A stretch of 64,000 bases of DNA, from NCBI RefSeq assembly GCF_035084215.1, contig NC_090335.1:67084001-67148000 (forward strand), given 5' to 3'. Positions 35,685 through 48,390 of the stretch are shown here, piece by piece (position 1 is the first letter of the stretch; each line of letters begins with the position of its first letter). Position numbers and translations under genes: made by a program. This stretch comes from Heptranchias perlo. Lineage: Eukaryota. The notes under the pieces were generated by a model that was not told the origin of the DNA, did not search any database, and was given only the letters and a program-made list of their open reading frames with translations.

Positions 35685-36404
35685 TACTTTAAATGCAGCC
35701 TGCCTTTCCAGTACCTCCTCTTTATCAATTTTTAGCCTATCCAGTATCTCAACCACCTCTTCTTTTACTGTGACTTTGGCAGCATCCTTTTCCTTGGTAA
35801 AGATAGATGCAAAGTACTCATTTAGTATCTCAGCCATGCCCTCTGCCTCCATGCGTGGATCTCCTTTTTGGTTCCTAGTTGGCCTCACCTCTTCTTACTA
35901 CCCATTTACTATTTATATGCCTATAGATGACTTTTGGATTCCCTTTTATGTTAGCTGCCAGTCTATTCTCATACTCTCTCTTTGCTTCTCTTATTTCCTT
36001 TTTCACTTCTTTGTACTTTCTATATTCAGCCTGGTTTTCACTTGTATTATCAACCTGACATCTCTCGTATGCCCCCTTTTTCAGCTCATCTTACTTTCTA
36101 TCTCTTTCGTCATCCAGGGAGCTCTGGTTTTGGTTGCCCTAACTTTCCCCTCGTTGGAATGTACCTAGATTGTACCCGAACCATCTCCTCTTTAAAGGCT
36201 GCCCATTCTTCAATTACAGTTTTGCCTGCCAATCTTTGATTCCAATTTACCCGGGTCAGATCCGTTCTCAACCCATTGAAATTGGCCCTCCTCCGATTAA
36301 ATATTTTTATTCTAGATTGATCCTTGTCCTTTTCCATAACTAATTTAAACCTTATGATACTATGATCACTGTTCCCTAAATGTTCCCACACTGACACTTG
36401 CTTT

Positions 36405-36795
36405 ACTTGTTTCGCAGGGCCTTGCACTATATCAACTTCCCCATGGATGACCTCAGCCAGACGGAGAGGGCAGTGGGATTCCACGCTGTGGCTGGCTTCC
36501 CACGGGTGCAGGGTGTAATCGATTGCACCCATATAGCAATACGAGCACCTCCACACGAGCCAGGACTGTTCATCAACAGGAAGGGCTATCACTCCATCAA
36601 CACTCAGCTCATCTGTGACCACCGCAAGAGATTCCTTCACGTGTGCGCCAGATACCCTGGCAGCTGCCACAATTCCTTCATCCACCGGGAGTCCAACATC
36701 CCGCCCCTCTTCCACACACTGGCTGGCTTCTCGGGGACAAGGGATACCCCCTGCACACGTGGCTCATGACACCTCTGAGGAACCCCACCACCGAG
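36405..36795 (+). pseudogene. Harbinger transposase internal fragment
   Basis: GFPRVQGVIDCTHIAI…[15 protein letters not shown]…ARYPGSCH…GDKGYP. Confidence 0.9.
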
Positions 36796-37154
36796 TTGCT
36801 ACTGTTGCTACTGTGCTTTACAGCCTTGACTTTTCTCTTTAGACTTATAAATTAACCATTACCTGAACCCTCCCCCCCGCCTCATTAGTTTAAAGTTCTA
36901 TCTAACGCCCTAGTTATTCGATTCGCCAGGACACTGGTCCCAGCCCGGTTTAAATGGAGCCCGTCCCATCAGAACAGCTCCCTCTCTCCCCAGTACTGGT
37001 GCCAGTGCCCCATGAATTGAAACCCCTGCCTCCCACACCACTCTTTCAGCCACGTATTTAACCATCTAATCTGTTTGTCCCTATGCCAATTTGCGCGTGG
37101 CTCAGGAAGTAATCCAGAGATTATTAACTTTGAGGTTCTGCTTTTTAATTTTTT

Positions 37155-39303
37155 TAAATTATTCGTTCACGGGATGTGGGCGTCGCTGGCAAGGCCAGCA
37201 TTTATTGTCCATCGCTAATTGCCCTCGAGAAGGTGGTGGTGAGCCGCCTTCTTGAACCGCTGCAGTCCGTGTGGTGACGGTTCTCCCACAGTGCTGTTAG
37301 GAAGGGAGTTCCAGGATTTTGACCCAGCGACAATGAAGGAACGGCGATATATTTCCAAGTCGGGATGGTGTGTGACTTGGAGGGGAACGTGCAGGTGGTG
37401 TTGTTCCCATGTGCCTGCTGCTCTTGTCCTTCTAGGTGGTAGAGGTCGCGGGTTTGGGAGGTGCTGTCGAAGAAGCCTTGGCAAGTTGCTGCAGTGCATC
37501 CTGTGGATGGTACACACAGCAGCCACAGTGCGCCGGTGGTGAAGGGAGTGAATGTTTAGTGTGGTGGATGGGGTGCCAATCAAGCGGGCTGCTTTATCTT
37601 GGATGGTGTCGAGCTTCTTGAGTGTTGTTGGAGCTGCACTCATCCAAGCAAGTGGAGAGTCTTCCATCACACTCCAGACTTGTGCCTTGTAGATGGTGGA
37701 AAGGCTTTGGGGAGTCAGGAGGTGAGTCACTCGCCGCAGAATACCCAGCCTCTGACCTGCTCTCGTAGCCACAGTATTTATATGGTTGGTCCAGTTAAGT
37801 TTCTGGTCAATGGTGACCCCAAGGATGTTGATGGTGGGGGATTCGGTGATGGTAATGCCGTTGAATGTCAGGGGGAGGTGGTTAGACTCTCTCTTGTTGG
37901 AGATGGTCATTGCCTGGCACTTATCTGGCGCGAATGTTACTTGCCACTTATCAGCCCAAGCCTGGATGTTGTCCAGGGCTCGGACTGCTTTATTATTTGA
38001 GGGGTTGCGAATGGAACTGAACATCCCCATTTCTGACCTTATGATGGAGGAAAGGTCATTGATGAAGCAGCTGAAGATGGTTGGGCCTAGGACACTGCCC
38101 TGAGGAACTCCTACAGCAATGTCCTGGGGCTGAGATGATTGGCCTCCAACAACCACTACCATCTTCCTTTGTACCAGGTATGATTCCAGCCACTGGAGAG
38201 TTTTCCCCCTGATTCCCATTGACTTCAATTTTACTAGGGCTCCTTGGTGCCACACTTGGTCAAATGCTGCCTTGATGTCAAGGGCAGTCACTCTCACCTC
38301 ACCTCTGGAATTCAGCTCTTTTGTCCATGTTTGGACCAACGCTGTAATGAGGTCTGGAGCCGAGTGGTCCTGGCGGAACCCAAACTGAGCATCGGTAAGC
38401 AGGTTATTGGTGAGTAAGTGCCGCTTGATAGCACTGTCGATGACACCTTCCATCACTTTGCTGATGATTGAGAGTAGACTGATGGGGTGGTAATTGTCCT
38501 GATTGGATTTGTCCTGCTTTTTGTGGACAGGACATACCTGGGCAATTTTCCACATTGTCGGGTAGATGTCAGTGTTGTAGCTGTACTGGAACAGCTTGGC
38601 TAGAGGCGCAGCTAGTTCTGGAGCACAAGTCTTCAGCACTACAGCTGGGATGTTGTCGGGGCCCATAGCCTTTGCTGTATCCAGTGCACTCAGCCGTTTC
38701 TTGATATCACATGGAGTGAATCGAATTGGCCGAAGACTGGCTTCTGTGATGGTGGGGATATCGGGAGGAGGCCGAGATGGATCATCCACTCGGCACTTCT
38801 GGCTGAAGATGGTTGCGAACGCTTCAGACTTGTCTTTTTCACTCACGTGCTGGACTCCGCCATCATTGAGGATGGGGATGTTTGCAGAGCCTCCTCCTCC
38901 CGTTAGTTGTTTAATTGTCCACCACCATTCACGACTGGATGTGGCAGGACTGCAGAGCTTTGATCTGATCCGTTGGTTGTGGAATCGCTTAGCTCTGTCT
39001 ATAGCATGTTGCTTCCGCTGTTTAGCATGCATGTAGTCCTGAGTTGTAGCTTCACCAGGTTGGCACCTCATTTTTAGGTACGCCTGGTGCTGCTCCTGGC
39101 ATGCTCTTCTACACTCCTCATTGAACCAGGGTTGATCCCCTGGCTTGTTGGTAATGGTAGAGTGAGGAATATGCCAGGCCATGAGGTTACAGATTGTGCT
39201 GGAATACAATTCTGCTGCTGCTGATGGCCCACAGCGCCTCATGGATGCCCAGTTTTGAGCTGCTCGATCTGTTCTGAATCTATCCCATTTAGCACGGTGG
39301 TAG
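37155..39303 (-). mobile_element. 5'-truncated young copy of the tRNA-headed LINE family, inserted in CR1 ORF1
   Basis: 702-aa ORF 37215-39323 nearly identical to the 8251 ORF from YHRAKWDRF onward. Confidence 0.96.
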
Positions 39304-40529
39304 TTTGGACCCCAGCTCCTCAAACTCTCTTAGCAGAACCTCATTCCTAGTTCAACCTATGTAGTTGGTTCCTATGTGGACTACGACAACTGGATCCTCC
39401 CCCTCCTCCTCCAAGTTCTTCTCCAGCTGCCAGGAGATGTCCTTAACCCTGGCACTGGGCAGGCAACACAGACTTCAGGACTCCCGGTCGCTGCTTCAGA
39501 GAACAGTGTCTATCCCCCTAACTATACTATCCCCTAACACTGCCACTCATTCCTTTCCTCTCCCCCCACTTGAATGGCCTCCTGTAGCAAGGTGCCTTGG
39601 TCAATTTGCCCATCCTCCCTGCAGTCTTTGTTCTCATCCATACAGGTAGCAAATACCTTGTACCCGTTGGACAAGGGCAAAGGCTGAGGCTCGACCACCA
39701 CTGCATCTGGGGTCCCCAGAGCTGCCTGACTCACAGTCACATCCTCCTGTGCCTCACCACTAACCAAATCTAAACCATACCTAACCTAAGTGGGTGTGAC
39801 TGCCTCCTGGGTCAAAATGTCCGGGTAACTCTCCTCCTCCCAGATGCGTCGCAAAGTCTGCACCTCGAACTCCAGCTCAACAACTTTGAGCCGACGTTTC
39901 TCAAGTTGCAGACACTCGCTGCGGATGTGGTTGCCTGGGTGACGGTGCTGTCCACAAACTCCCACATGCTGCAGTTATGGCACGCCACCTGCACTGCCAC
40001 CCCTTTTTAATCTTGTTTTTATTTATTTAATTAATCAGAAGTTTTTATCTAATTAATTCACTTGGTTTGTTTTTATTAAAAGAATTAATTTATCTACTTT
40101 AAATTATTTATTTAATAAAGTATGAGCAAGTTATCGGCTCCTAGCTTAAACCATTCCCCTAACTTAGAGAACAATAAAAAAATATTGCTCACCAACGAAT
40201 CACCTCCCTCTTGTCCTGTGGCATCACTGAGTCCGGGAGCTGTTTACCCAGCCCAGCGGACGCCACTGGAAAATCTCATGCTTTTTAAACCCTGTTTAAT
40301 CATTCTAGTTCTTTTTCTTAGATTCTTACCTCAATGCGTATCCTTACCTCAATACGTATCCTTGATACTTATTGCAGTTCCCATGCGATCGGCCGCTCCT
40401 TCCTCTCTGCGTCGTTTCTCACCCTTTCTGATTTCTGCCTGTGTTTGAGTTGGCTCAGCTCCCACACCTTATAGTCTCGGGCATCTGCTGCCGCCGCACT
40501 CGCTAGTTCCTGCTCCATCTAAACATCGA

Positions 40530-40672
40530 GGAAAACTCCCCTGCTCTTCTTCGAATAGTGCCATGAGATTTTTTACATCCACCCGAGAGGGCAGTCGGTG
40601 CCTTGATTTAACGTTTCATCCGAAAGACGGCACCTTCCGACAGTGCTGCACCCCCTCAGTTCTGCACTGATT
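40530..40672 (-). mobile_element. DeuSINE Deu-domain fragment
   Basis: CTCCCCTGCTCTTCTTCGAA…CCGAAAGACGGCACC matches 51305-51440. Confidence 0.7.
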
Positions 40673-41569
40673 ACAGTACCACATCATATTAAACTCTGTA
40701 GCGATTGTTTTCTTTTGAAATTTATATTTTCCAGTTAAACAGCAGCAATAGTGAAAGGTTTGCTTAAAAACAAAGCACCCAAAGAAACATAAATGTTAAG
40801 GCCATGCTTGCCGCTGCCACCCTTCTCCTGGCAGCTCCTGGGGTTGGCGGAGACATTGGCGGCAAGCAGCAAGATCTGGCAGTTTGTCGAGCCCTGAATC
40901 TTTGCTGGCATTTACATGTGGTGGGTGGGGACGGGACGACTGGTACCCGTCTCGACGGAGACAGGAGAAGGGATATAGATTTCGGTTGGGTATGTTCGGT
41001 AGGCCTCACAGCCTGATTCTCCCTTGTTTTCCAACGCTTTCTCCCTGGATTGTGGGGGGGAATAGTGGTGGAATATTCTGCCCCACATCTCCAAGGAACC
41101 AACCACTCAATCTGTTGTCATAATGGAATAAGGTAATGATTCCATTAAGGCATAGGCATTATAGGCACTGCCCGGAAACGATGCATTCATGAAGTTTAAT
41201 TACTTGGTGGTTGTCGCACATCATTAGTACATTCGTAGACTGATATCCTTTCTGTTGATGAATGCCACAGGATGTTGCATAGTTGCCAGAATAGCCATGT
41301 GGGTGCACGATGCCAACCTGTACCCTGGGAATTCCAATTTTCAGGCAAGTGTTTCAGCCTCCGTTGATGCATCGTGAAACTGAATGGATCGTCAGTCGGG
41401 GCGATAGCCAGGTCGCGCCCATTTGTGATGGCATGAGGCCCGGGCCATTTTGAGACCCAGGCCTCATTATCATGCCGCTGACGAGCTGTGGTTTCCAAGT
41501 GGGCAATCTCTCGTGACTCGCCAGTTCTTTGAGGGCAGTAAATCAGCCGGCACCCACACTTAACCGGTT

Positions 41570-41947
41570 GGGGGAGACAATTCCTAAGGGGCCTCGGACT
41601 AGCCGGTAGAGGGGCCAGAGTGCTCCTCCTGGGCACAGCAAAGAAAAAAATTGAAAGCTTCTTGGGTCATGTTTTGAACGATCTCCGGCCGGTTCCTTTA
41701 AGGACCACCGGTTAGGCCACTCGATGCCTGGTACAAATAGGCAGAATGTGTGAGGTGCACGCTCCTTCCATTTGTACCCGGAAATGGCAATCGGAATCCT
41801 GCAAACGGCGTAAGATCCCTATTTGCGTACTTAAGCAGCCTCCCACGGTGGGCGGGGTGGGCTGCTCGCCTATTTACAGGCCCGCCTGAACATTGCACCA
41901 AGGGGACCAGGTGAGAAACGGGCAGCCGACGGTTGAAAATCGCCCCC
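41570..41947. mobile_element. Probable non-autonomous Harbinger-type element
   Basis: Ends in GAAAATCGCCCCC, similar to the Harbinger TIRs here; GC-rich; left end uncertain. Confidence 0.35.
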
Positions 41948-44311
41948 ACTATGTTGAAGTGAGGCATTTGTGGTTTTAGTGATGCAGTAATGAAACACTC
42001 CTAAAACTACGTTATGCAACACTCCATAACAGAGGACACCAGGACTGGTCAGTAAAATGTCTGCAGACGTTGAGCCATTTTAGGTACTATTATTGTGCAT
42101 TCTGTAGCAAACTTCCCAATGTTTACACTGGTTAAGTGGTTTAATGGCTGCTTGAAAGGCATTTAAAGATGATGATTGCGGGTGATTCGTGAATGGCTGC
42201 ATTTTTTTTGGTAACCAGTAGTGCAGCTGTATTCTTGGGAATCATACATTTCAAAAGTGTACGTTCCCCTAATTTCATTGGTGGTTTGTTAATTTCCACA
42301 CAAAAAAAACAAGGTGTTTTGCCCATTTTACAAAACAATAGGAATTTCAGCATAAGACTGTTATTGAACGAAAGGGAGGGTCTGTAAGAGGTGCTATTGG
42401 TACGAGGTATAAACACCAGCTATGTACTTAGTAAGTAGCTGGTTAAATATTAAACCTCATTTTGGTTCCTGCAGACTTTAGCCTCTAATTTAGGTACGAA
42501 AGTAATCCTTTTTTGATATGAGGTGGTATTGTTCATTCCTTTTGCCTGCTAATTTGCTGTTTCTCGAAGATCTTTCTCAGTAACGAGATTCACTTTTTTT
42601 TTGTACGATATTTTCATTTTGTTTCTTTATAAATTTACTTTGTTTACTCAGTAGGCTTTTCACTGATCAGGAAGTTTGAAAGCTGCTTCAGTTTTTAACT
42701 GCGAATGTTTTTCAAAAGGCCTTTGTCCAAGGCTTTGAATTGACCACCGCTCATTTGAGAGACGACTGGAAAGTTCTTTGATGATTTACTGGAACGTTGT
42801 GTTGACACTTCAAAGAAGATGAAAAAAATGAAAGCTTTTCTTGCTGCTTAGCAAGGCCGCAGATCAGGTATGAAGCGAACTTAATGTTTAAACACTAGCC
42901 ACTCGGTTAGAAGGCAGTCAATTTTTTAAAAGAAAAGGAACGTTTTTTTTTATTCGTTCATGGGATGTGGGCGTCGCTGGCCAGGCCGGCATTTATTGCC
43001 CATCCCTAATTGCCCTCGAGAAGGTGGTGGTGAGCCGCCTTCTTGAACCGCTGCAGTCCGTGTAGTGAAGGTTCTCCCACAGTGCTGTTCGGAAGGGAGT
43101 TCCAGGAATTTGACCCAGCGACGATGAAGGAACGGTGATATATTTCCAAGTCGGGATGGTGTGTGACTTGGAGGGGAACGTGCAGGTGGTGTTGTTCCCA
43201 TGTGCCTGCTGCTCTTGTCCTTCTAGGTGGTAGAGGTCGCGGGTTTGGGAGGTGCTGTCGAAGAAGCCTTGGCGAGTTGCTGCAGTGCATCCTGTGGATG
43301 GTACACACTGCAGCCACTGTGCGCCGGTAGTGAAGGGAGTGAATGTTTAGGGTGGTGGAAAGGGTGCCAATCAAGCGGGCTGCTTTGTCCTGGATGGTGT
43401 CGAGCTTCTTGAGTGTTGGAGCTGCACTCATCCAGACAAGTGAAGAGTATTCCATCACACTCCTGACTTGTGCCTTTGTAGATGGTGGAATGGCTTTGGG
43501 GAGTCAGCAGGTGAGTCACTCGCCGCAGAATACCCAGCCTCTGACCTGCTCTTGTAGCCACACTATTTATATGGCTGGTCCAGTTAAGTTTCTGGTCAAT
43601 GGTGACCCCCCCCAGGATGATGATGGTGGGGGATTTAGCGATGGTAATGCCGTTGAATGTCAAGCAGAGGTGGTTCGACTCTCTCTTGTTGGAGATGGTC
43701 ATTGCCTGGCACTTGTCTGGCGCAAATATTACTTGCCACTTATGAGCCGAAGCCTGGATGTTGTCCAGGTCTTGCTGCATGCGGGCTCAGACTGCTTCAT
43801 TATTTGAGGGGTTGCGAATGGAACTGCACACTGCAATCATCAGCGAACATCCCCATTTCTGACCTTATGATGGAGGGAAGGTCATCGATGAAGCAGCTGT
43901 AGATAGTTGGGCCTGGGACACTGCCCTGAGGAACTCCTGCAGCAATGTCCTGGGGCTGAGATGATTGGCCTCCAACAACCACTACCATCTTCCTTTGTGC
44001 TAGGTATGACTCCAGCCACTGGAGAGTTTTCCCCCTGATTCCCATTGACTTCAATTTTACTCAGGCTCCTTGGTGCCACACTCGGTCAAATGCTGCCTTG
44101 ATGTCAAGGGCAGTCACTCTCACCTCACCTCTGGAATTCAGCTCTTTTGTCCATGTTTGGACCAAGGCTGTAATGAGGTCTGGAGCTGAGTGGTTCTGGC
44201 GGAACCCAAACTGAGCATCGGTGTGCAGGTTATTGGTGAGTAAGTGCTGCTTGATAGCACTGTCCACGACACCTTCCATCACTTTGTTGATGATTGAGAG
44301 TAGACTGACGG

Positions 44312-47300
44312 GGAGTAGGGACAAACCGGGGAACTACAGGCCAGTGAGCCTAACATCAGTGGTAGGAAAATTATTGGAAAAAATTCTGAAGGACAAAATT
44401 AGTCTCCACTTGGAGAAGCAAGGATTAATCAGGGATAGTCAACATGGCTTTGTCAAGGGAAGATCATGTCTGACTAATTTGATTGAATTTTTTGAGGGGG
44501 TGACTAGGCGTGTGGATGAGGGTAACGCAATAGATGTGGTATACATGGATTTCAGTAAGGCCTTCGATAAAGTCCCCCACAGGAGACTGGTCAAGAAGGT
44601 ACGAGCCCATGGAATCCAGGGTGCCTTGGCACTTTGGATACAAAACTGGCTTAGTGGCGACACTACAGACTTCCTACAAAAACTCAGTACCCACGGACCA
44701 GTTGAACCAGGAACACTTCTCACCACGATGGACGTCTCGGCACTATACACCAGTATCCCCCACGATGACGGCATCGCTGCGACAGCATCAATACTCAACA
44801 CCAAAAACAGCCAATCTCCGGAAGCCATCCTACAACTCATCCGCTTCATCCTGGATCACAATGTCTTCACCTTCGATAACCAGTTCTTTACCCAAACACA
44901 CGGAACAGCCATGGGGACCAAATTCGCACCCCAATACGCCAACATTTTCATGCACAAGTTCGAGCAGGACTTCTTCACTGCACAAGACCTCCAACCAACA
45001 CTATACACCAGATACATCGACGACATTTTCTTTCTATGGACCCACGGCAAGGAATCACTAAAGAGACTACACGATAACATCAACAAGTTCCATCCCACCA
45101 TCAAGCTCACCATGGACTACTCCTCAGAATCAGTTTCTTTCTTGGACACACGAATCTCCATCAAAGACGGGCACCTCAGCACCTCACTCTACCACAAGCC
45201 CACGGACAACCTCACGATGCTCCACTTTTCCAGCTTCCACCCTAACCACGTCAAAGAGGCCATCCCCTATGGACAGGCCCTGCGAATACACAGGGTCTGC
45301 TCAGACGAGGAGGAACGCGATGGACACCTACAGACGCTGAAAGACGCCCTAGTAAGAACGGGATATGACGCTCAACTCATCGATCGACAGTTCCGACGGG
45401 CCACAGCAAAAAATCGCATAGACCTCCTCAGGAGACTAACACGGGACGCAACCAACAGAGTACCCTTTGTCGTCCAGTACTTCCCCGGAGCGGAGAAACT
45501 ACGCCATGTTCTCCGCAGCCTTCAACATGTCATCAATGAGGACAAACACCTCGCTATGGCCATCCCCACACCTCCACTACTCGCCTTTAAACAGCCACCC
45601 AACCTCAAACAGACCATCGTTCGCAGCAAATTACCTAGCTTTCAAGAGAACAGCGTCCACGACGCCACACAACCCTGCCACGGTAACCTCTGCAAGACAT
45701 GCCAGATCATCGACACAGATACCACCATCACACGAGAGGACACCACCCACCAGGTGCATGGTTCATACTCCTGTGACTCGGCCAACGTTGTCTACCTCAT
45801 ACGTTGCAGGAAAGGATGCCCCAGAGCATGGTACATTGGCGAGACCATGCAGACGCTGCGACAACGGATGAACGGACACCGCGCAACAATCGCCAAACAG
45901 GAGGGTTCCCTCCCAGTCGGGGAACACTTCAGCAGTCATGGACATTCATCCACCGACCTTCGGGTAAGCGTACTCCAAGGCGGCCTTCGAGACACACGAC
46001 AACGCAAAATCGTCGAGCAGAAATTGATAGCCAAGTTCCGCCCATGAGCACCCATGAGGACGGCCTCAACCGGGATCTTGGGTTCATGTCACGCTACACG
46101 TTACCCCACCAGCGAACAAATGTTATCTGTTTTTAATATAATGGGTCATTTGCTGGCTTTCTCTGCCTTCCGGATGTTTCTGCCTCTCTCTGTTTTTTTT
46201 CCCTGTTTGTTTTTTTGTTGAATGTGTATTCGGGGGTTCTGCAGGTGACACCTCTCTGTCTGAACACGGTGATTGCCTTGGCAACGGGCAGTTGCAGGGG
46301 CATTCTGTAAACACTAGGGATTGTTCTATATGTATAAATGCGTAGGCTTCAAGGAGCTCCTGAACATTAACCTGAGGAAGGAAGAAGTCTCCGAAAGCTT
46401 GTGAATTTAAAATAAAATTGCTGGACTATAACTTGGTGTTGTAAAATTGTTTACAATTGTCAACCCCAGTCCATCACTGGCATCTCCACATCATTAGTGG
46501 CAGAAGGCAGAGGGTGATGGTCGAAGGTTGTTTTTGTGACTGGAAGCCTGTGGCCAGTGGGGTACCACAGGGATCGGTGCTGGGTCCCTTGCTGTTTGTG
46601 GTCTACATTAATGACTTGGATATGAATGTAAAAGGTATGATCAGTAAGTTCGCTGATGATACAAAGATTGGTAGGGTGGTAAATAGCGAGGAGGATAGCC
46701 TCAGTCTGCAGGACGATATAGATGGGTTGGTCAGATGGGCGGAACAGTGGCAAATGGAATTTAACCCGGAAAAGTGCGAGGTGATGCACTTTGGAGGGAC
46801 TAACAAGGCAAGGGAATACACAATGAATGGGAGGACCCTAGGCAAGACAGAGGGTCAGAGGGATCTTGGTGTGCAAGTTCACAGATCCCTGAAGGCGGCG
46901 GAACAGGTAGATAAGGTGGTAAAGAAGGCATATGGGATACTTGCCTTTATTAGCCGAGGCATAGAATATAAGAGCAAGGAGGTTATGATGGAGCTGTATA
47001 AAACACTGGTTAGGCCACAGCTGGAGTACTGTGTGCAGTTCTGGTCGCCGCACTGCAGGAAGGATGTGATCGCTTTGGAGAGGGTGCAGAGGAGATTCAC
47101 CAGGATGTTACCAGGATGCTACCAGGGCTGGAGCGCTTCAGCTATGAAGAGAGACTGGGAAGATTGGGTTTGTTTTCCTTGGAGCAGAGGAGGCTGAGGG
47201 GGGACATGATTGAGGTGTACAAAATTATGAGGGGCACAGATAGGATGGATACTAAGGAGCTTTTTCCCTTCGTTGAGGGTTCTATAACAAGGGGACATAG

Positions 47301-47583
47301 ATTCAAGGTAAAAGGCGGGAGGTTTAGAGGGGATTTGAGAAAGAACTTTTTCACCCAGAGGGTGGTTGGAGTCTTGAACTCACTGCCTGAGAGGGTTGTG
47401 GAGGCAGGAACCCTCACAACATTCAAGAAGCATTTGGATGAGCACTTGAAATGCCATAGCATACAAGGCTACGGACCAAATGCTGGAATATGGGATTAGA
47501 GTAGACAGGGCTGATGGCCGGCGCGGACACGATGGGCCGAAGGGCCTCTATCCGTGCTGTATAACTCTATGACTCTATGACTC
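44312..47583 (+). mobile_element. 5'-truncated CR1 (HER1-type), interrupted by a Penelope
   Basis: PGNYRPVSL…WIQNWLSG|RRQRV…FADD…; (CTCTATGA)n tail. Confidence 0.93.
44659..46493 (+). mobile_element. Penelope-like element: RT plus GIY-YIG endonuclease and pLTR, 5'-truncated
   Basis: DTTDFL…MDVSALYTSIP, GTAMG, RYIDD, FLD, YHKPT, WYIGET; TSD TTAGTGGC (44651-44658, 46494-46501); hammerhead at ~46362-46410. Confidence 0.95.
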
Positions 47584-48390
47584 TAATTGGCCGGATTGGA
47601 TTTGTCCTGCTTTTTGTGGACAGGACATACCTGGGCAATTTTCCATATTGTTGGGTAGATGCCAGTGTTGTAGCTGTACTGGAACAGTTTGGCTAGAGGC
47701 GCAGCAAGGTCTTCAGTACTACAGCCGGAATGTTGTCGGGGCCCAAAGCTTTTGCTGTATCCAGTGCACTCAGCCATTTCTTGATATCACGTGGAGTGAA
47801 TCGAATTGGCTGAAGACTGACTGCTGTGATGGTGGGGATATCGGGAGGAGGCCAAGATGGATCATCCACTCGGCACTTCTGGCTTAAGATGTTTGCAAAC
47901 GCTTCAGCCTTGTCTTTTGCACTCACATGTTGGACTCCGCCATCATTGAGGATGGGGATGTTTGCAGAGCCTCCTCCTCCCGTTAGTTGTTTAATTGTCC
48001 ACCACTATTCACGACTGGATGTGGCAGGAATGCAGAGCTTTGATCTGATCCATTGGTTGTGGAATCGTTTAGCTCTGTCTATAGCATGTTGCTTCTGCTG
48101 TTTAGCATGCGTGTAGTCCTGAGTTGTAGCTTCACCAGGTTGGCACCTCATTTTTAGCTACGTTGCCGCACATAACAAGATTTTGAGAGAATATCATCAA
48201 TTTAAGTACAAAATGATGTGAGAAGAATAATCCATGAGACTCCAGGCTGGTTTATTTAACTGGTCACAGAAGGGTCCGTTTGCATCAGAGCAACAGATCC
48301 TCCATTTTTGACAAGCATTTTGTAAGTGAAGCATGTGTATTACAGAGTAAGGGTTTTTTGGTTTGGTTTCTCCGTGGCTGGGAGAACTTT

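Larger units (their letters stand above)
32199..40520 (-). mobile_element. Near full-length CR1 (5' UTR, ORF1, ORF2) broken by Harbinger, Penelope and LINE insertions
   Basis: ORF1 start MAVQVACHNCSMWEF (40000), PLSNGY, ORF1 C-terminus 36800-37150, EN/RT 34846-36400, RT-tail 32199-33170. Confidence 0.8.
42943..48160 (-). mobile_element. Truncated copy of the tRNA-headed LINE (42943-44310 plus 47584-48160) hosting a CR1 and a Penelope
   Basis: Fragments match the 8251 ORF; split at the NYRP motif. Confidence 0.93.

Noticed and set aside
40804-41016. Signal-peptide-like short ORF (MLAAATLLLAAPG…)
   Set aside because: No supporting splice pattern or recognisable domain; the IGSF5 signal exon is better explained at 50695.
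44221-46047. 608-aa ORF as a novel gene
   Set aside because: Chance in-frame fusion of antisense LINE, CR1 RT and Penelope; the TSD TTAGTGGC marks the insertion.
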